NCBI RefSeq assembly: GCF_006345805.1 | Contig: NC_043002.1 | Location: forward strand, 5,270,001-5,334,000 | Direction of reading: 5' to 3' | Source of the DNA: Octopus sinensis | Lineage: Eukaryota | Length of the DNA: 64,000 nt | In this document: piece by piece, positions 52,956 through 64,000 of the stretch | How positions within the stretch are numbered: the first letter of the stretch is position 1 | How the letters are laid out: each line of letters begins with the position of its first letter | Position numbers and translations under genes: made by a program | The notes under the pieces: model-generated | The model's database searches: none | Seen by the model: only the letters and a program-made list of their open reading frames with translations | What the model was told of the DNA's origin: nothing

Positions 52956-53142
52956 GCTATCACTTCTACTTGTAGACTTTCTCCCTTCCATCCATGTTCT
53001 CTCTGCCGCTCTCTCTCTCTCTCCTTCTCCCTCATCCTCCTTCCCCTCTATCTACTGCCCACACGTGACCAGTGACTAATTTTTCCATCTCTCTGCCTTT
53101 CGCCACCAGAGGCTTAGCTTGCCGGTCAATATCTATCTCCTC

Positions 53143-53580
53143 TTAAGGTGGCGAGCTGGCAGAATCGTTATCGCGCCGGACGAAATGCTTAGCTGTATTT
53201 CGTCTGCTGTTACGTTCTGAGTTCAAATTCCGCCGAGGTCAACTTTGCCTTTCATCCTTTCGGGGTCGATAAATTAAGTACCAGTTGCGCAATGGGGTCG
53301 ATGTAATCGACTTAATCCGTTTGTCTGTCCTTGTTTGTCTCCTCTATGTTTAGCCCCTTCTGGGCAATAAAGAAATAAAAAATAAGAAACGTTAGCACAC
53401 CGGGCGAAATGCTTAGCAGTATTTCATCTTTATGTTCTGAGTCCAAATTCCGCCGAGGTCGACTTTACTTTTCATCCTTTCGGGGTCGATAAATTAAGTA
53501 CCAGATGCGTACTGGGGTCGATCTAATCGAATGGCCCCTTCCCCAAAAATTTCGGGCCTTTTACCTAGATTTGAAAAGAA
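53143..53580 (+). mobile_element. Two adjacent CORE-SINEs with different tails
   Basis: Full copy ~53143-53380, then a head-truncated variant ~53385-53580. Confidence 0.85.
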
Positions 53581-53759
53581 TATCTATCTCTTCTCTTGCT
53601 ATTTCTCTTTCTATATCCATTCAGGATTTCTTGCAGTCGTTACCCATTATTCTCGTCTGTTTGGCCGAAAGACCGTATTTATTCCGTCTTCCTCAATCAT
53701 TTGAATTACATTTTTTTAAACTTTCATACGTCCACTCTGTATCGTTTTGTTTGTTCGAG

Positions 53760-53945
53760 CCCTAATTCTCCGCAAATCTCACGGATTCTCTTGTATGCAT
53801 CAGCAGCGAGGTTTCTGGGTTCCAAGGAGTTCCATGTCTTTCAATATTAGGTCTCCCTTACCCAAGTGATCCATATGGGACTCATCCAAATCCAGCTTTC
53901 GTCTCAGTGGCCACAAACCTTCGGTCTTCTTTTTTAATCCAGCTT
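53760..53945. repeat. Unclassified dispersed repeat, diverged copy at ~58945-59100
   Basis: ctcacggattctcttgtatg..cccaagtgatccatatgggac..ccaaatccagctttc..ccagcttcag present at both loci; possibly LINE-derived. Confidence 0.65.
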
Positions 53946-54162
53946 CAGCCGATTTGCGAAGTTTTCAGGATTATCATTAAAGGCATGAAACTGTGTATTA
54001 ACATATCGATTGATAACTAAAGAAGAATTCTTCTTCATTTATCAATCGATATGTTAATAGAGTCCTTCCGTGACTGTCATACGGATAAGATTTTTAGTAT
54101 TTAATGCAATTTTCATTTATTGAGTAACTGAACGCCACGCATCCCGACTTTTGTTAACTACA

Positions 54163-54199
<37 letters not shown>

Positions 54200-54389
54200 A
54201 TATGTATATATATATATGTATATGTATGTGTATATCTATGTATTTATATATATATGTGTGTGTGTGTGTGTATAAGTATATAATTATCAACACGTAATTA
54301 CAATTAAGGGCGCTGGAGGGACAACGTCAACACGCTAGAAGTAAATGTCAGCTGTCTACGAACCACTCTAAATTTGTTCTCCTTTTCTT

Positions 54390-54573
54390 ACCACTCAGCC
54401 ACACCTGCACCTGGCTGAGTGGTAAGAAATTGCTTCTCAGTTACATGGTTCTGGGTTTAGTTCCACCACGTGGCAACTTTAGCAAGTATCTTCTACTATA
54501 GCCTTGGGTCAACCAAAGACTTGTGAGTGGATTAGGTAGACGGAAACTGAAAGAAGCTCGTCGTTTATACACA

Positions 54574-54624
<51 letters not shown>

Positions 54625-55128
54625 ATATATATATATATATATATATATAAATATGTCTCTCACATTACCGACTCCTTTACCTACACTTCCAGTAACGTAA
54701 TTTACTGCATCTTCTACTCTTTCTGCTCTTCCCTGTAAATTGGTCAAACGGGACGCCGCTTAGCTGACGGTTCGCGGAGCACCTCCGAGACATCTGACTC
54801 GGCAACGACACCCGGTCTCGCGTCATTTCCGCTCTACCGATCATTCACCACATCTGTCTGTGTTCGAATTGTCTTTGCACAGGGGTCATCCTGTCTCCCT
54901 CTTTCGCCGTGAACATGAATTAATTTTCTCTCTTCGCTCCTTTGCACCACATGGGCTCAATTCCCTTCCTCTCTTCATCTGACACCTACTTCCTTTCTTC
55001 ATTTGACATCTACTTCCTCTCTTCACTCCTACCATCTCCTCTTTTTCTTATTGCCCCGTATATATGTATTTATATGTGTGTGTGTATGTGTGCGTGTGCA
55101 TGTGTGTTTGTGTATGTATGCATATAAT

Positions 55129-55176
<48 letters not shown>

Positions 55177-55657
55177 AATATGTCTCTCACATTACCGACT
55201 CCTTTACCTACACTTCCAGTAACGTAATTTACTGCATCTTCTACTCTTTCTGCTCTTCCCTGTAAATTGGTCAAACGGGACGCCGCTTAGCTGACCGGTT
55301 CGCGGAGCACCTCCGAGACATCTGACTCGGCAACGACACCCGGTCTCGCGTCATTTCCGCTCTACCGATCATTCACCACATCTGTCTGTGTTCGAATTGT
55401 CTTTGCACAGGGGTCATCCTGTCTCCCTCTTTCGCCGTGAACATGAATTAATTTTCTCTCTTCGCTCCTTTGCACCACATGGGCTCAATTCCCTTCCTCT
55501 CTTCATCTGACACCTACTTCCTTTCTTCATTTGACATCTACTTCCTCTCTTCACTCCTACCATCTCCTCTTTTTCTTATTGCCCCGTATATATGTATTTA
55601 TATGTGTGTGTGTATGTGTGCGTGTGCATGTGTGTTTGTGTATGTATGCATATATAT

Positions 55658-55715
<58 letters not shown>

Positions 55716-56100
55716 ATATATATATATATATATGTACATATAAACATATGCATATATGTATATAAGACATATATACATATAAACATATGCATATATGTAT
55801 GTAAGACATATATACATATATATGTATATATATATATATACATATACACACATATGTGTGTGTCTTTATGTCTGTGTATTTATTTGTCCCTCTCCCTACC
55901 AACTGCCAACAGGTGCTGGTATATTTACGTCTCCGTAACCTAGCGGTTCGGCAAAATAGACTGGCAGAATAAGTACCAGGCCTAAGGGAAAAAATAGGTA
56001 CTGGGCTCGATACATTCGACCAAAAATTGTTCAAGACGGTGCCCCAGCATGACCGCAGTTTAATGACTGAAACAAGTTAAGGATAAAAGAAAAAGATACA
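54390..56100 (+). mobile_element. OR1-like SINE split by a PLE insertion in its internal microsatellite
   Basis: Head ~54390-54560 (ggctgagtggtaagaaattgc..agacggaaactgaaagaagc); tail ~55860-56100 (gcggttcggcaaaa..cccagcatgaccgcag..actgaaac). Confidence 0.8.
54655..55588 (+). mobile_element. Penelope-like (Neptune-type) GIY-YIG endonuclease 3' fragment, tandemly duplicated (527-bp period)
   Basis: HITDSFTYTSSNVIYCIFYSFCSSL*IGQTGRRLADRFAEHLRDI (frame continuous in copy 2)...[10 protein letters not shown]; copies start at 54655 and 55182. Confidence 0.85.
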
Positions 56101-57602
56101 GAAACGTAGCAAAGCTGACTGCATACGCCTGACGATAGATTTTCAGTAAATTCGTTAGTAACTCAGTTCCCGGACAAGCATAGACTAAGATTTAGTATTT
56201 GATATCTGGATTGCTGCCAGACGCTCCAATTCCTTCATAAGTAAAATTATGCAGCAGGTGGATCACAAAACTTTATTTTCTATCATTTTATAGAGTATTA
56301 GTGATCTAGAATATGATACGAGACATATGTGTTGTAGACGTCGACGGAAGTATTTTAAGGAGTCTCTTCTGGAGGGCTCTCAGGTCAGAGACTAAGGCAA
56401 ACGAATTCTTAACTTTCAATATTCGTTGGTAGAGTAAAGGTCGAACCGCTGTTATCCGATACAACTTTCAATTGTGTTCAACGGCTTTCTTCGCGCCACT
56501 TTCATTTGGCAACGTAAGGCAACTGGAAAAGGTGTTAGCTTTAGGAATCAAGGTTATTCGGGATATTCGATGTTTCCTGGCCAAGCAAAGAATATATTTC
56601 TCCTTTAGAACTTACACACGAACGAACATACATGCACGAGGGCGCGCAGATGCCTGTGTGCGTGTGTGAGTATGTTGATGTGTGTGTATTGATGTGTATG
56701 TGTTAATGTGTTGATGTGTGCGTTGACGTGTTGATGTGTGTGTATTGATGTGTTGATGCGTGTATGTGTGTTTGTCGATGTGTGTGTATACTGTATGTGT
56801 ATGTATCTCTTTTGCCAGTTTATGTCGGCAAAAACAAAACAAAGCAAAACAGAACAAAACAAAAAATTTCCTTAGAAAAAAAGCGGTGATTTTCAAACGA
56901 AGCCCTTTGACATCGATTTACAGATCGTCTCTTATCTCTGCCGTTTTATAAAACGGAGAACCAGCGACGACCGGTCCGTCGGAAAGCTGTAGCTAACGAT
57001 GCTTACTCTTCACAAACTCCATCAGAAAATACATAAATAAATGACTAAGCAAAGTAAGTGCGGCAATAAAGTAATTAAACAATAAGCTAATGTTAGCTGC
57101 AGGCTATATATACTGTGGAAAAACCAAGGAACAATAGACTCCTTTTCCGGTTATCCAGCTATTATAATGAGAGTGCTGATTCACAGACATGACAGGGTTA
57201 CCTAACGTTCCCCGGGCAAAATGCCGACACGTTCATAGTAAAACAGAAAATGGCTATTATTATAAACTCACTAATTTCAGAAGGTGTTATTGTTATAACT
57301 GACCTTAATGTTGTTGCTGTTGATATTGATTTTAGGGGTCATCCGTTATCCTATAAACATATGATGAAATACATTCCAGCCATGGCCATCACGTTATATT
57401 TTATTTAGTTTATTTATTATTATTATTATCTTTTTTTTTTCTTCTTTCAAATTTGCTTCCATTTCTTGCCGAGTGTCTTCCCGACTCCTAGGGCAAAGAA
57501 ACTCATAGTATACATTGGTAGGCCATTAAACTAAACTCACTAGTTCGTTCATTTTCTTTCTTTTTTTTAAGTTAAATTAAAATACATGGGTAGTAATAGT
57601 TC

Positions 57603-57838
57603 TCACATCGACAATGTTCTTCTCAATACGTGTGATGTACCAGTTGAGACAATCTTTTGCACTTCTTGCAGGGATGGTAAGCCAGGGATCATTCTCATAT
57701 AATTTTCGGTTCCCTTCTTGATCATTCCTAGTGCTCCTACGGTCACTGGTATTGTAACCGCCTTGAGATGCCACATTTTCTCAATTTCAATGAGCAGGTC
57801 TTTATATTTTCTTAGCTTGTCAAACTCTTTCGCCGAGA
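57603..57838 (-). mobile_element. R4/Dong-clade 3' coding fragment
   Basis: KEFDKLRKYKDLLIEIEKMWHLKAVTIPVTVGALGMIKKG...STGTSHVLRRTLSM*; abuts (TAA)n. Confidence 0.88.
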
Positions 57839-57898
<60 letters not shown>

Positions 57899-57901
57899 CA
57901 T

Positions 57902-58403
57902 TGAGTGAGAGAGCAGTGCATGCCATCAAAGTGACACTGGGGTAAAATATACGAAGCCCAATATACCCATCATGACTACCCGTCTGATAAGGGTAGACCA
58001 GGCACATGCATCACAGCCATATGTGCGCGATATGGTGATCTTATGTCATGATAAACAGCGCATGACCAGTTAGAATTTTCTTCTCGTCGAGTAGCCTATC
58101 CCACTCAAAAGGTCCCTGGATAAGGATTGTTTAAGGATGTTGAACGAACCACCCGTCTTTCCTAAGGTGAATTATCCAAACCTCTAAGAATCCCTCTCAA
58201 CACACGGCTATGGTGCTCCCCCACTACTTCTGCTCGTGATCAGAGATGCACATATTGTCAGCCACTAAGGGAAATGGTCAACTGATTAAGGTCAAACAAA
58301 TGACAATCAAATCTGTGGTATTGAGCAGAATATTTGCTGTAGCCCATCTTTTATACCAAGACAAAACAATGTACATGATAACACTTCCAATCAGTTAAGA
58401 CAT
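57902..58403 (-). mobile_element. ~500-bp TAA-embedded retroposon, copy 2
   Basis: Homologous to 6301-6781, with ~35 nt extra at the 5' end; (ATT)n on both sides. Confidence 0.75.
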
Positions 58404-58405
58404 GA

Positions 58406-58476
<71 letters not shown>

Positions 58477-58489
58477 TTACGTGGCTAGG

Positions 58490-58860
58490 CAGGGCGGTTA
58501 AAGCGCCAGACAATATAAAATGCCAAGCGGTATTTGTTCCTACTCTTTACACTCTAAGTTCAAATACCAACGATGTCATCTTTGCCTTTCATCCTTTCTA
58601 GATCGATAAAACTTAAGTATAAGAGTCGTAATATGAGGTACATTTAAGGTAGCCAGCTGGCAAATTCATTGCTGCGCCGGACAAAATGCGGCATTTTTTC
58701 CGACTTTACGTTCTGAGTTCAAATGTCACCGGGGTCAACTTTGCTTTTAATCCCCGAGGGCAATAAAATAAGTACCACTTGAACACTGGGGTCGGTGTAA
58801 TCGACTTAACCCCTCCCCTAAAATTGCTGGCCTTGAGCCAAAATTTGAAACCATTATGAG
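58490..58860 (+). mobile_element. Two diverged CORE-SINE copies
   Basis: ctttgcctttcatcctttc..; gttcaaatgtcaccggggtcaactttgc..ggggtcggtgtaatcgac. Confidence 0.72.
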
Positions 58861-59804
58861 AGAAATTTGGTTACAATATCTAGCAAGTCGGTGAACTGAA
58901 CTACGCAGAGGGATCCTTGTTATCATGATGCCTAGTTCCAATATACATCTCACGGATTCTCTTGTATGTACCAGCAGCGATATTTCTGGGGTTCGAAGGA
59001 GTTCTACGTTCCCAAGTGATCCATATGGGACCGATCCAAATCCAGCTTTCCTCTCAGTGGTCACAAATCTCCGGTCTTCTCTTTTAACCCAGCTTCAGTT
59101 ATGGAATTTACGGTCCTCCTCTTTGCTGCACCACTAAGTCTAACCCCAACCAAAGCTTTGCAGACTGAACGCTCAGCAAACCCTTACTTGGGCTGCCTTG
59201 CAACATCGACATCAAATTTCTGTACGTGTGCAGAAATGATATTCCATCACCTGTCCACTATTTTTATCCCTTGTCCAGATTCTCTATCATCTGTCCAGAT
59301 TCTGTGTCACTTGTCCATACAAATGGCTATCCATCTTTAAGGTTCCGTGGCACTTTGATGAAAAAATATAAAAATGAAAAAGCATTGATGCAACGTATTT
59401 CGAATGGTTCGTTCAAAAGAAAACTGTTTTCAAATGAAAAATGTAGAAAATAATATTTATTAAAAAAACACAAGAAAAAAAAAACTATTGATTATCTTCT
59501 TTTGTTAATCAGATATTCGTACAATGAATTATGAAAAATATTTTTTTTTTCAAAACGCGCTTAAGTATAATACTGGTTTATCCGAAGATGAAATATATCT
59601 TTGAGAACCGAGGGGTATTATGATTACGCTTTGTGGCTCAACGTGAAAAAAAAAGACACTGATCCAGACTGTCACAGAGAGAGGGGGAGAGGGAGAGAGG
59701 AAGAGAGAGAGGGAGGGAGAGAGAGACAGAAAAAGAAAGTGCTATACATACGCATACACACACAGATACGTAAATATATAATGCATATGTATGTGTATAT
59801 ATAA

Positions 59805-60137
59805 AGGGTAAAGACCCCCTTCGGTCATGAATGACCATGGGATTGCACCTAGAAAGTTACCCTCCTAGACACAAATCCGGGCAAGGTTGTTTATGGAAGA
59901 CCAGCAGTCGCCCATGCATACCAGCCTCCCCTCTCCACGCCACCAGTGTTATCGAAGGGAAAGACAAAGGTCGATACAGCTTGGAACCAGTGACGTCGCA
60001 ACTCATTTCTACAGCTGAGTGAACTGGAGCAATGTGAAATAAAGTGCCTTGCTCAAGAACACAACACCCAGCCCGGTCCGGGATTCGAGCTCACAACCTC
60101 ACAATCGTAAGCTCGACGCTCTAACCACTGAGCCATG
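59805..60137 (-). mobile_element. tRNA-derived SINE (Nin/Deu-type), homologous to 26812-27154
   Basis: gcatggctcagtggttagagcg head; gtggcgtggagaggggaggctggtatgcatgggcgactgctggtcttccataaacaaccttgccc. Confidence 0.82.
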
Positions 60138-60167
60138 CGATATATATATATATGTATGTATGTATGA

Positions 60168-60224
<57 letters not shown>

Positions 60225-60314
60225 TATACACATATATATATATTTACACACACACGCACACGTATATATATACATACATACATATATGTATATATATACA
60301 CACACATATATGTG

Positions 60315-60345
<31 letters not shown>

Positions 60346-60779
60346 ACGTGAGATCAAGCCAATCTGATATCATAATCAAAGGCAAAGTGAAAGAGAGTAA
60401 ACGCGTGCACTTTGTCAGACGACGACAACAACAACAACAACAAGGTAAACCTGCCTAAGTTTACCTTGTTGTTGTTGTTGCCCAAGTGTGTTGGGACCCA
60501 TTAATATTCCTATAATGCATTGAATAGAATTGTAATCGGAGACAAGTAGACACGACCGTGCTAATAATAAAAAGAAAAAAAGGAAACTACATGAAATAAA
60601 AAAAATGAAAAAATAAAAGACAGCGACAAAGTAACTCCAGATGACGATGTCGCATCTCGGTAAATTGTAAATTGGTTGTAACCCAGCTTCTCACAAAACG
60701 CACGCAGGAACCAATGTTTTTTCATGTCTAAGATGTACCTGGTTGGAAAAGGTACAAAAACCACAGCAAAATCATGGTG

Positions 60780-60840
60780 ATTATGATGATGATGATCGAG
60801 ATGATGGTGATGATGATGATGATGATGGTGATGGTGATGG

Positions 60841-60895
<55 letters not shown>

Positions 60896-61075
60896 ATGAT
60901 GATGATGATGATGATGTTGATGATGATGATGATTTCAATGGTGGTGGTTATGGTATTGACGAAAGCAACGGACAACGATGACTACAATGACGTCTGTCGA
61001 TGATAATGACGCTGACGTCGACTACAACGATGACGACGACGACGATGATGGTGATGATGGTGATGATGATGGTGA
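60780..61075. repeat. (GAT/GAC/GGT)n trinucleotide arrays
   Basis: Directly visible. Confidence 0.95.
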
Positions 61076-61173
61076 TCAAGCGACAGGTGATAACGAAGGT
61101 GAAGATTACGATTGAGCTGTCGTAGTCGTTGAATACGTTAATGGTGATGGTGATAATGATGTATATTAGTAAT

Positions 61174-61248
<75 letters not shown>

Positions 61249-61427
61249 GAACTTATCAGATATATGCTTGAAACCCATCCGAAAAAGGAGAAAAAAAACT
61301 AAAAGAAAAAAAACTGAAAGCAAATTACTTTTATTAAAATTGTCACTTCAATATGGTAAATATTTCTTACCATTTCTATAGATTATCATACTTGTTAATT
61401 ACAAGTATAATTATCTTGCCTTCGATC

Positions 61428-61524
61428 TAGAAGAAGAAGAAGAAGAAGAAGAAGAAGAAGAAGAAGAAGAAGAAGAAGAAGAAGAAGAAGAAGAAGAAGA
61501 AGAAGAAGAAGAAGAAGAAGAAGA
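61428..61524. repeat. (GAA)n array
   Basis: Directly visible. Confidence 0.97.
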
Positions 61525-61631
61525 TAAACAAGATAAACATGTTCATTCTATTTGAGAAGGTAATTGCTGAATTAGGTAGTAGAAAGATAGACATACAGAG
61601 TTTCTTGGCTGGGAAAAGTGCGGCATGTATT

Positions 61632-61664
<33 letters not shown>

Positions 61665-61920
61665 TGTGTGTGTGTGTGTGTGTGTGTGTACTGAGAGAAA
61701 TACGTAGAAGGGGGAGAGAAATAAGATTAGCTGCACTGAATAGCATACACATAAACACGCACGTGTGTGTATAATATATATATATTACACACACACACAC
61801 ACACACCACACACACACACATATATTATATATATAATATATATATTATATATATATAAATATATATATTATATGTATATAATATATATATATATATTATA
61901 TATATATTATATATATATAA

Positions 61921-61952
<32 letters not shown>

Positions 61953-62009
61953 CGTATGTAAGTATATATATATATATATATATGTGTGTATGTAAGTATA
62001 TATATATAT

Positions 62010-64000
62010 GATTGATTGATTGATTGATTGATTGATTCTAGTTTCAGCTTATGAGCTGTGGCCATGCTGGGGCACCGCCATTTGGTGTTGCTACTTGGTT
62101 TCACTTCATGGGGGCTTTCTAGCAACTACTATTTGGTGCATGAGAGAGTTCGATGCAGCTGCCCTCATCTGCCCCTCCTGCCGTGAAGTTGGTTCATCTG
62201 GGACACCTGACAGGAAGAGATCCAGCTTCATTTTAAAGACATCTGTATCCACCCCATGCAGGTCTCTCAGGTTCTTCGGGAGGATATTGAAGAGCTGTGG
62301 GCCTCGGAAGCCCAGGCTATCACAGAATCTTGTCCTACATCTTGATGGCAGGTTTGGAGTCCTAGGCACCACGCAGTGGCGCCTAATTCTGGCATTTGCG
62401 TAACTCTCGATGCCAAAGTTTAGGACACTTCCCTCCAGGATCTTCCAGATGTATATTATGGCATATCTTTCCCGCCTACGCTCCAGGGAATATAATTTTA
62501 ATCTCTTGAGTCTTTCCCAGTAGCTTATATTCTGCATAGAGGCTATCTTCTTCGTGTAGCTTCGTTGGATCGCCTCAAGTTCTGTGATCAACTTGACACT
62601 GGATGGTGACCATAGCTGAGAGCAATAGTCAAAGTGGCTTAGGACAAGTGTCTTCCAGAGGACCATCATGGTTTCTTGTTCTCTTGTTCTAAAGGTTCTA
62701 AGAATCCATCCAGCCACCGTCTACATTTCATTGTCAGTTTAGCAACATGTACATGAAAGGTCGCGTTATCACTCATGTGAATACCCAGGTCACGCACTGA
62801 TTGTGCCTCTGGGATTGCAATCCCTCCGGGTCCAGTGTATTCATTGGGTATTGCATTCAGTTTTGCATGCTGATAGTATAAAGCTTGAAACTTTCCAGCA
62901 TTGAACTGCATGCTATTCTTTTCAGCCCACTTGTATATTTCGTCCAGCTCACATTGCAGGTGTTTAGTGTCCTCAGGGTTCTGTATTGCCTGTGAAACTT
63001 TTGTATCATCTGCATAACTTGTGATCGTGGCTCTCTGCGTGGCTGAGGGCATGTCTGAGAGGGCCATTATGAACAGTAGTGGTCCCAGAACAGTGCCCTG
63101 CGGAACACCGCTCACTATTTGTGTGTTAATGGAAGTGGCCCCATTGGCTACTACCACCTGACTTCTATCCTTCAGAAAGTCATGAAGCCATTCTCCCAGT
63201 TTTCCAACTATGTTGAGATCACGCAGTTTGTGACATATCATTCCATGATCGACTTTATCAAAGGCCTTTGCAAAGTCGAGATATATCACTTCCACATTTG
63301 AGTGGTTGAGCAGCCGTTTCAGCACCCAGTCATAGTGTTGTAGGAGCTGAGTTAAACAGCTTCTCCCTGGTCGGAAACCATGTTGGGTGTCGGGAAGCAA
63401 GTCATTCTCTTCAAGGAAGGTGATCAGCTTCCTTCTGACTATTCGTTCCATGACCTTGCTGATGTGTGAGGTCAGAGATAGGTCTATAGTTCTTGGCTTC
63501 CGCTCTGCTACCTCCTTTATGAATGGGGCATATTTTACCTTCCTTCAGTTTTCCTGGAAGTTTGCCAGCTGCAAGGAAGCTCTGAAAGAGGAACTGCAGT
63601 GGTCTTGCTAGGACTCTCTTACATGCTTTTAGGAGGATTGCCGGGAATCCATCGGGGCCAGTAGCTGAGTCTGTTTTCATTTCATCTATAGCCTTGGTTA
63701 CATCGTCTTCCTTTATATCGATGTAATCTATCGTCGCCGCCTCTGATTTTATATCGGCAGTGGTAAAAAAGTCAGTTGGATTGGTGATTTGGAGATGCCC
63801 AAGGGGTGGAGTGAAAACACTCTTGAATTGCTCATTCAGTATTTTCGAGGAGTGGCCCTATTCTACAGTTCACTGTAGCTGTTTCTTTGGCATACCTGTA
63901 GAAAGCTCTGGGGTTAGATTTTATGTTTTCTATAGCCCAGGCTTCTTTGTCTGCTCTTTCTTTTTCATGGGAGAGTTGCAGACATTTTTCGATTTCCAAC
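62010..64000 (-). mobile_element. CR1-type LINE, ORF2 (RT) region with frameshifts, 3'UTR and (TCAA)n tail; continues beyond the window
   Basis: ATGPDG..LLK..NYRPIS; QHGFRPGRSCLTQLL; YLDFAKAFDKVDH; SGVPQGTVLGPLLF; YADDTK; YCSQLWSP; YWERLKRLKLYSLERRRERY. Confidence 0.93.

Noticed and set aside
59340-59450. Possible pogo/Tigger CENP-B-like peptide (KSIDATYFEWFVQK)
   Set aside because: Too short, with no TIRs or further motifs.

Overview
AT-rich, microsatellite-dense animal DNA, most likely octopus. This is inferred from abundant OR1-like and OR2-like (CORE) SINEs. No host protein-coding exon could be supported, and almost all of the supplied ORFs are microsatellite or transposon translations. 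The window is a layered transposon landscape: tRNA-derived SINEs, R4/Dong-clade, RTE and CR1-type LINE fragments, four non-autonomous Helitrons (A|TC...CTAG|T), a mariner-type MITE, and a complete but frameshifted Chapaev3-type DNA transposon (CAC...GTG, TAA duplication) inside a decayed Penelope-like element (PLE). The most striking signal is a set of small PLE-associated elements, mostly in (TA)n arrays, that carry type I hammerhead ribozyme (HHR) motifs. Several form head-to-head fold-backs. At 12490-14107 a ~583-nt unit is repeated head-to-tail with a canonical HHR per unit, the layout of a retrozyme-like circular-RNA element. Other families carry variant HHR cores, including a U3-A8 compensatory core. 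The CR1-type LINE at the window end also shares a 39-nt 3' tail with the OR1-like SINE. All alignments and folds were done by eye; no database search or folding program was run.
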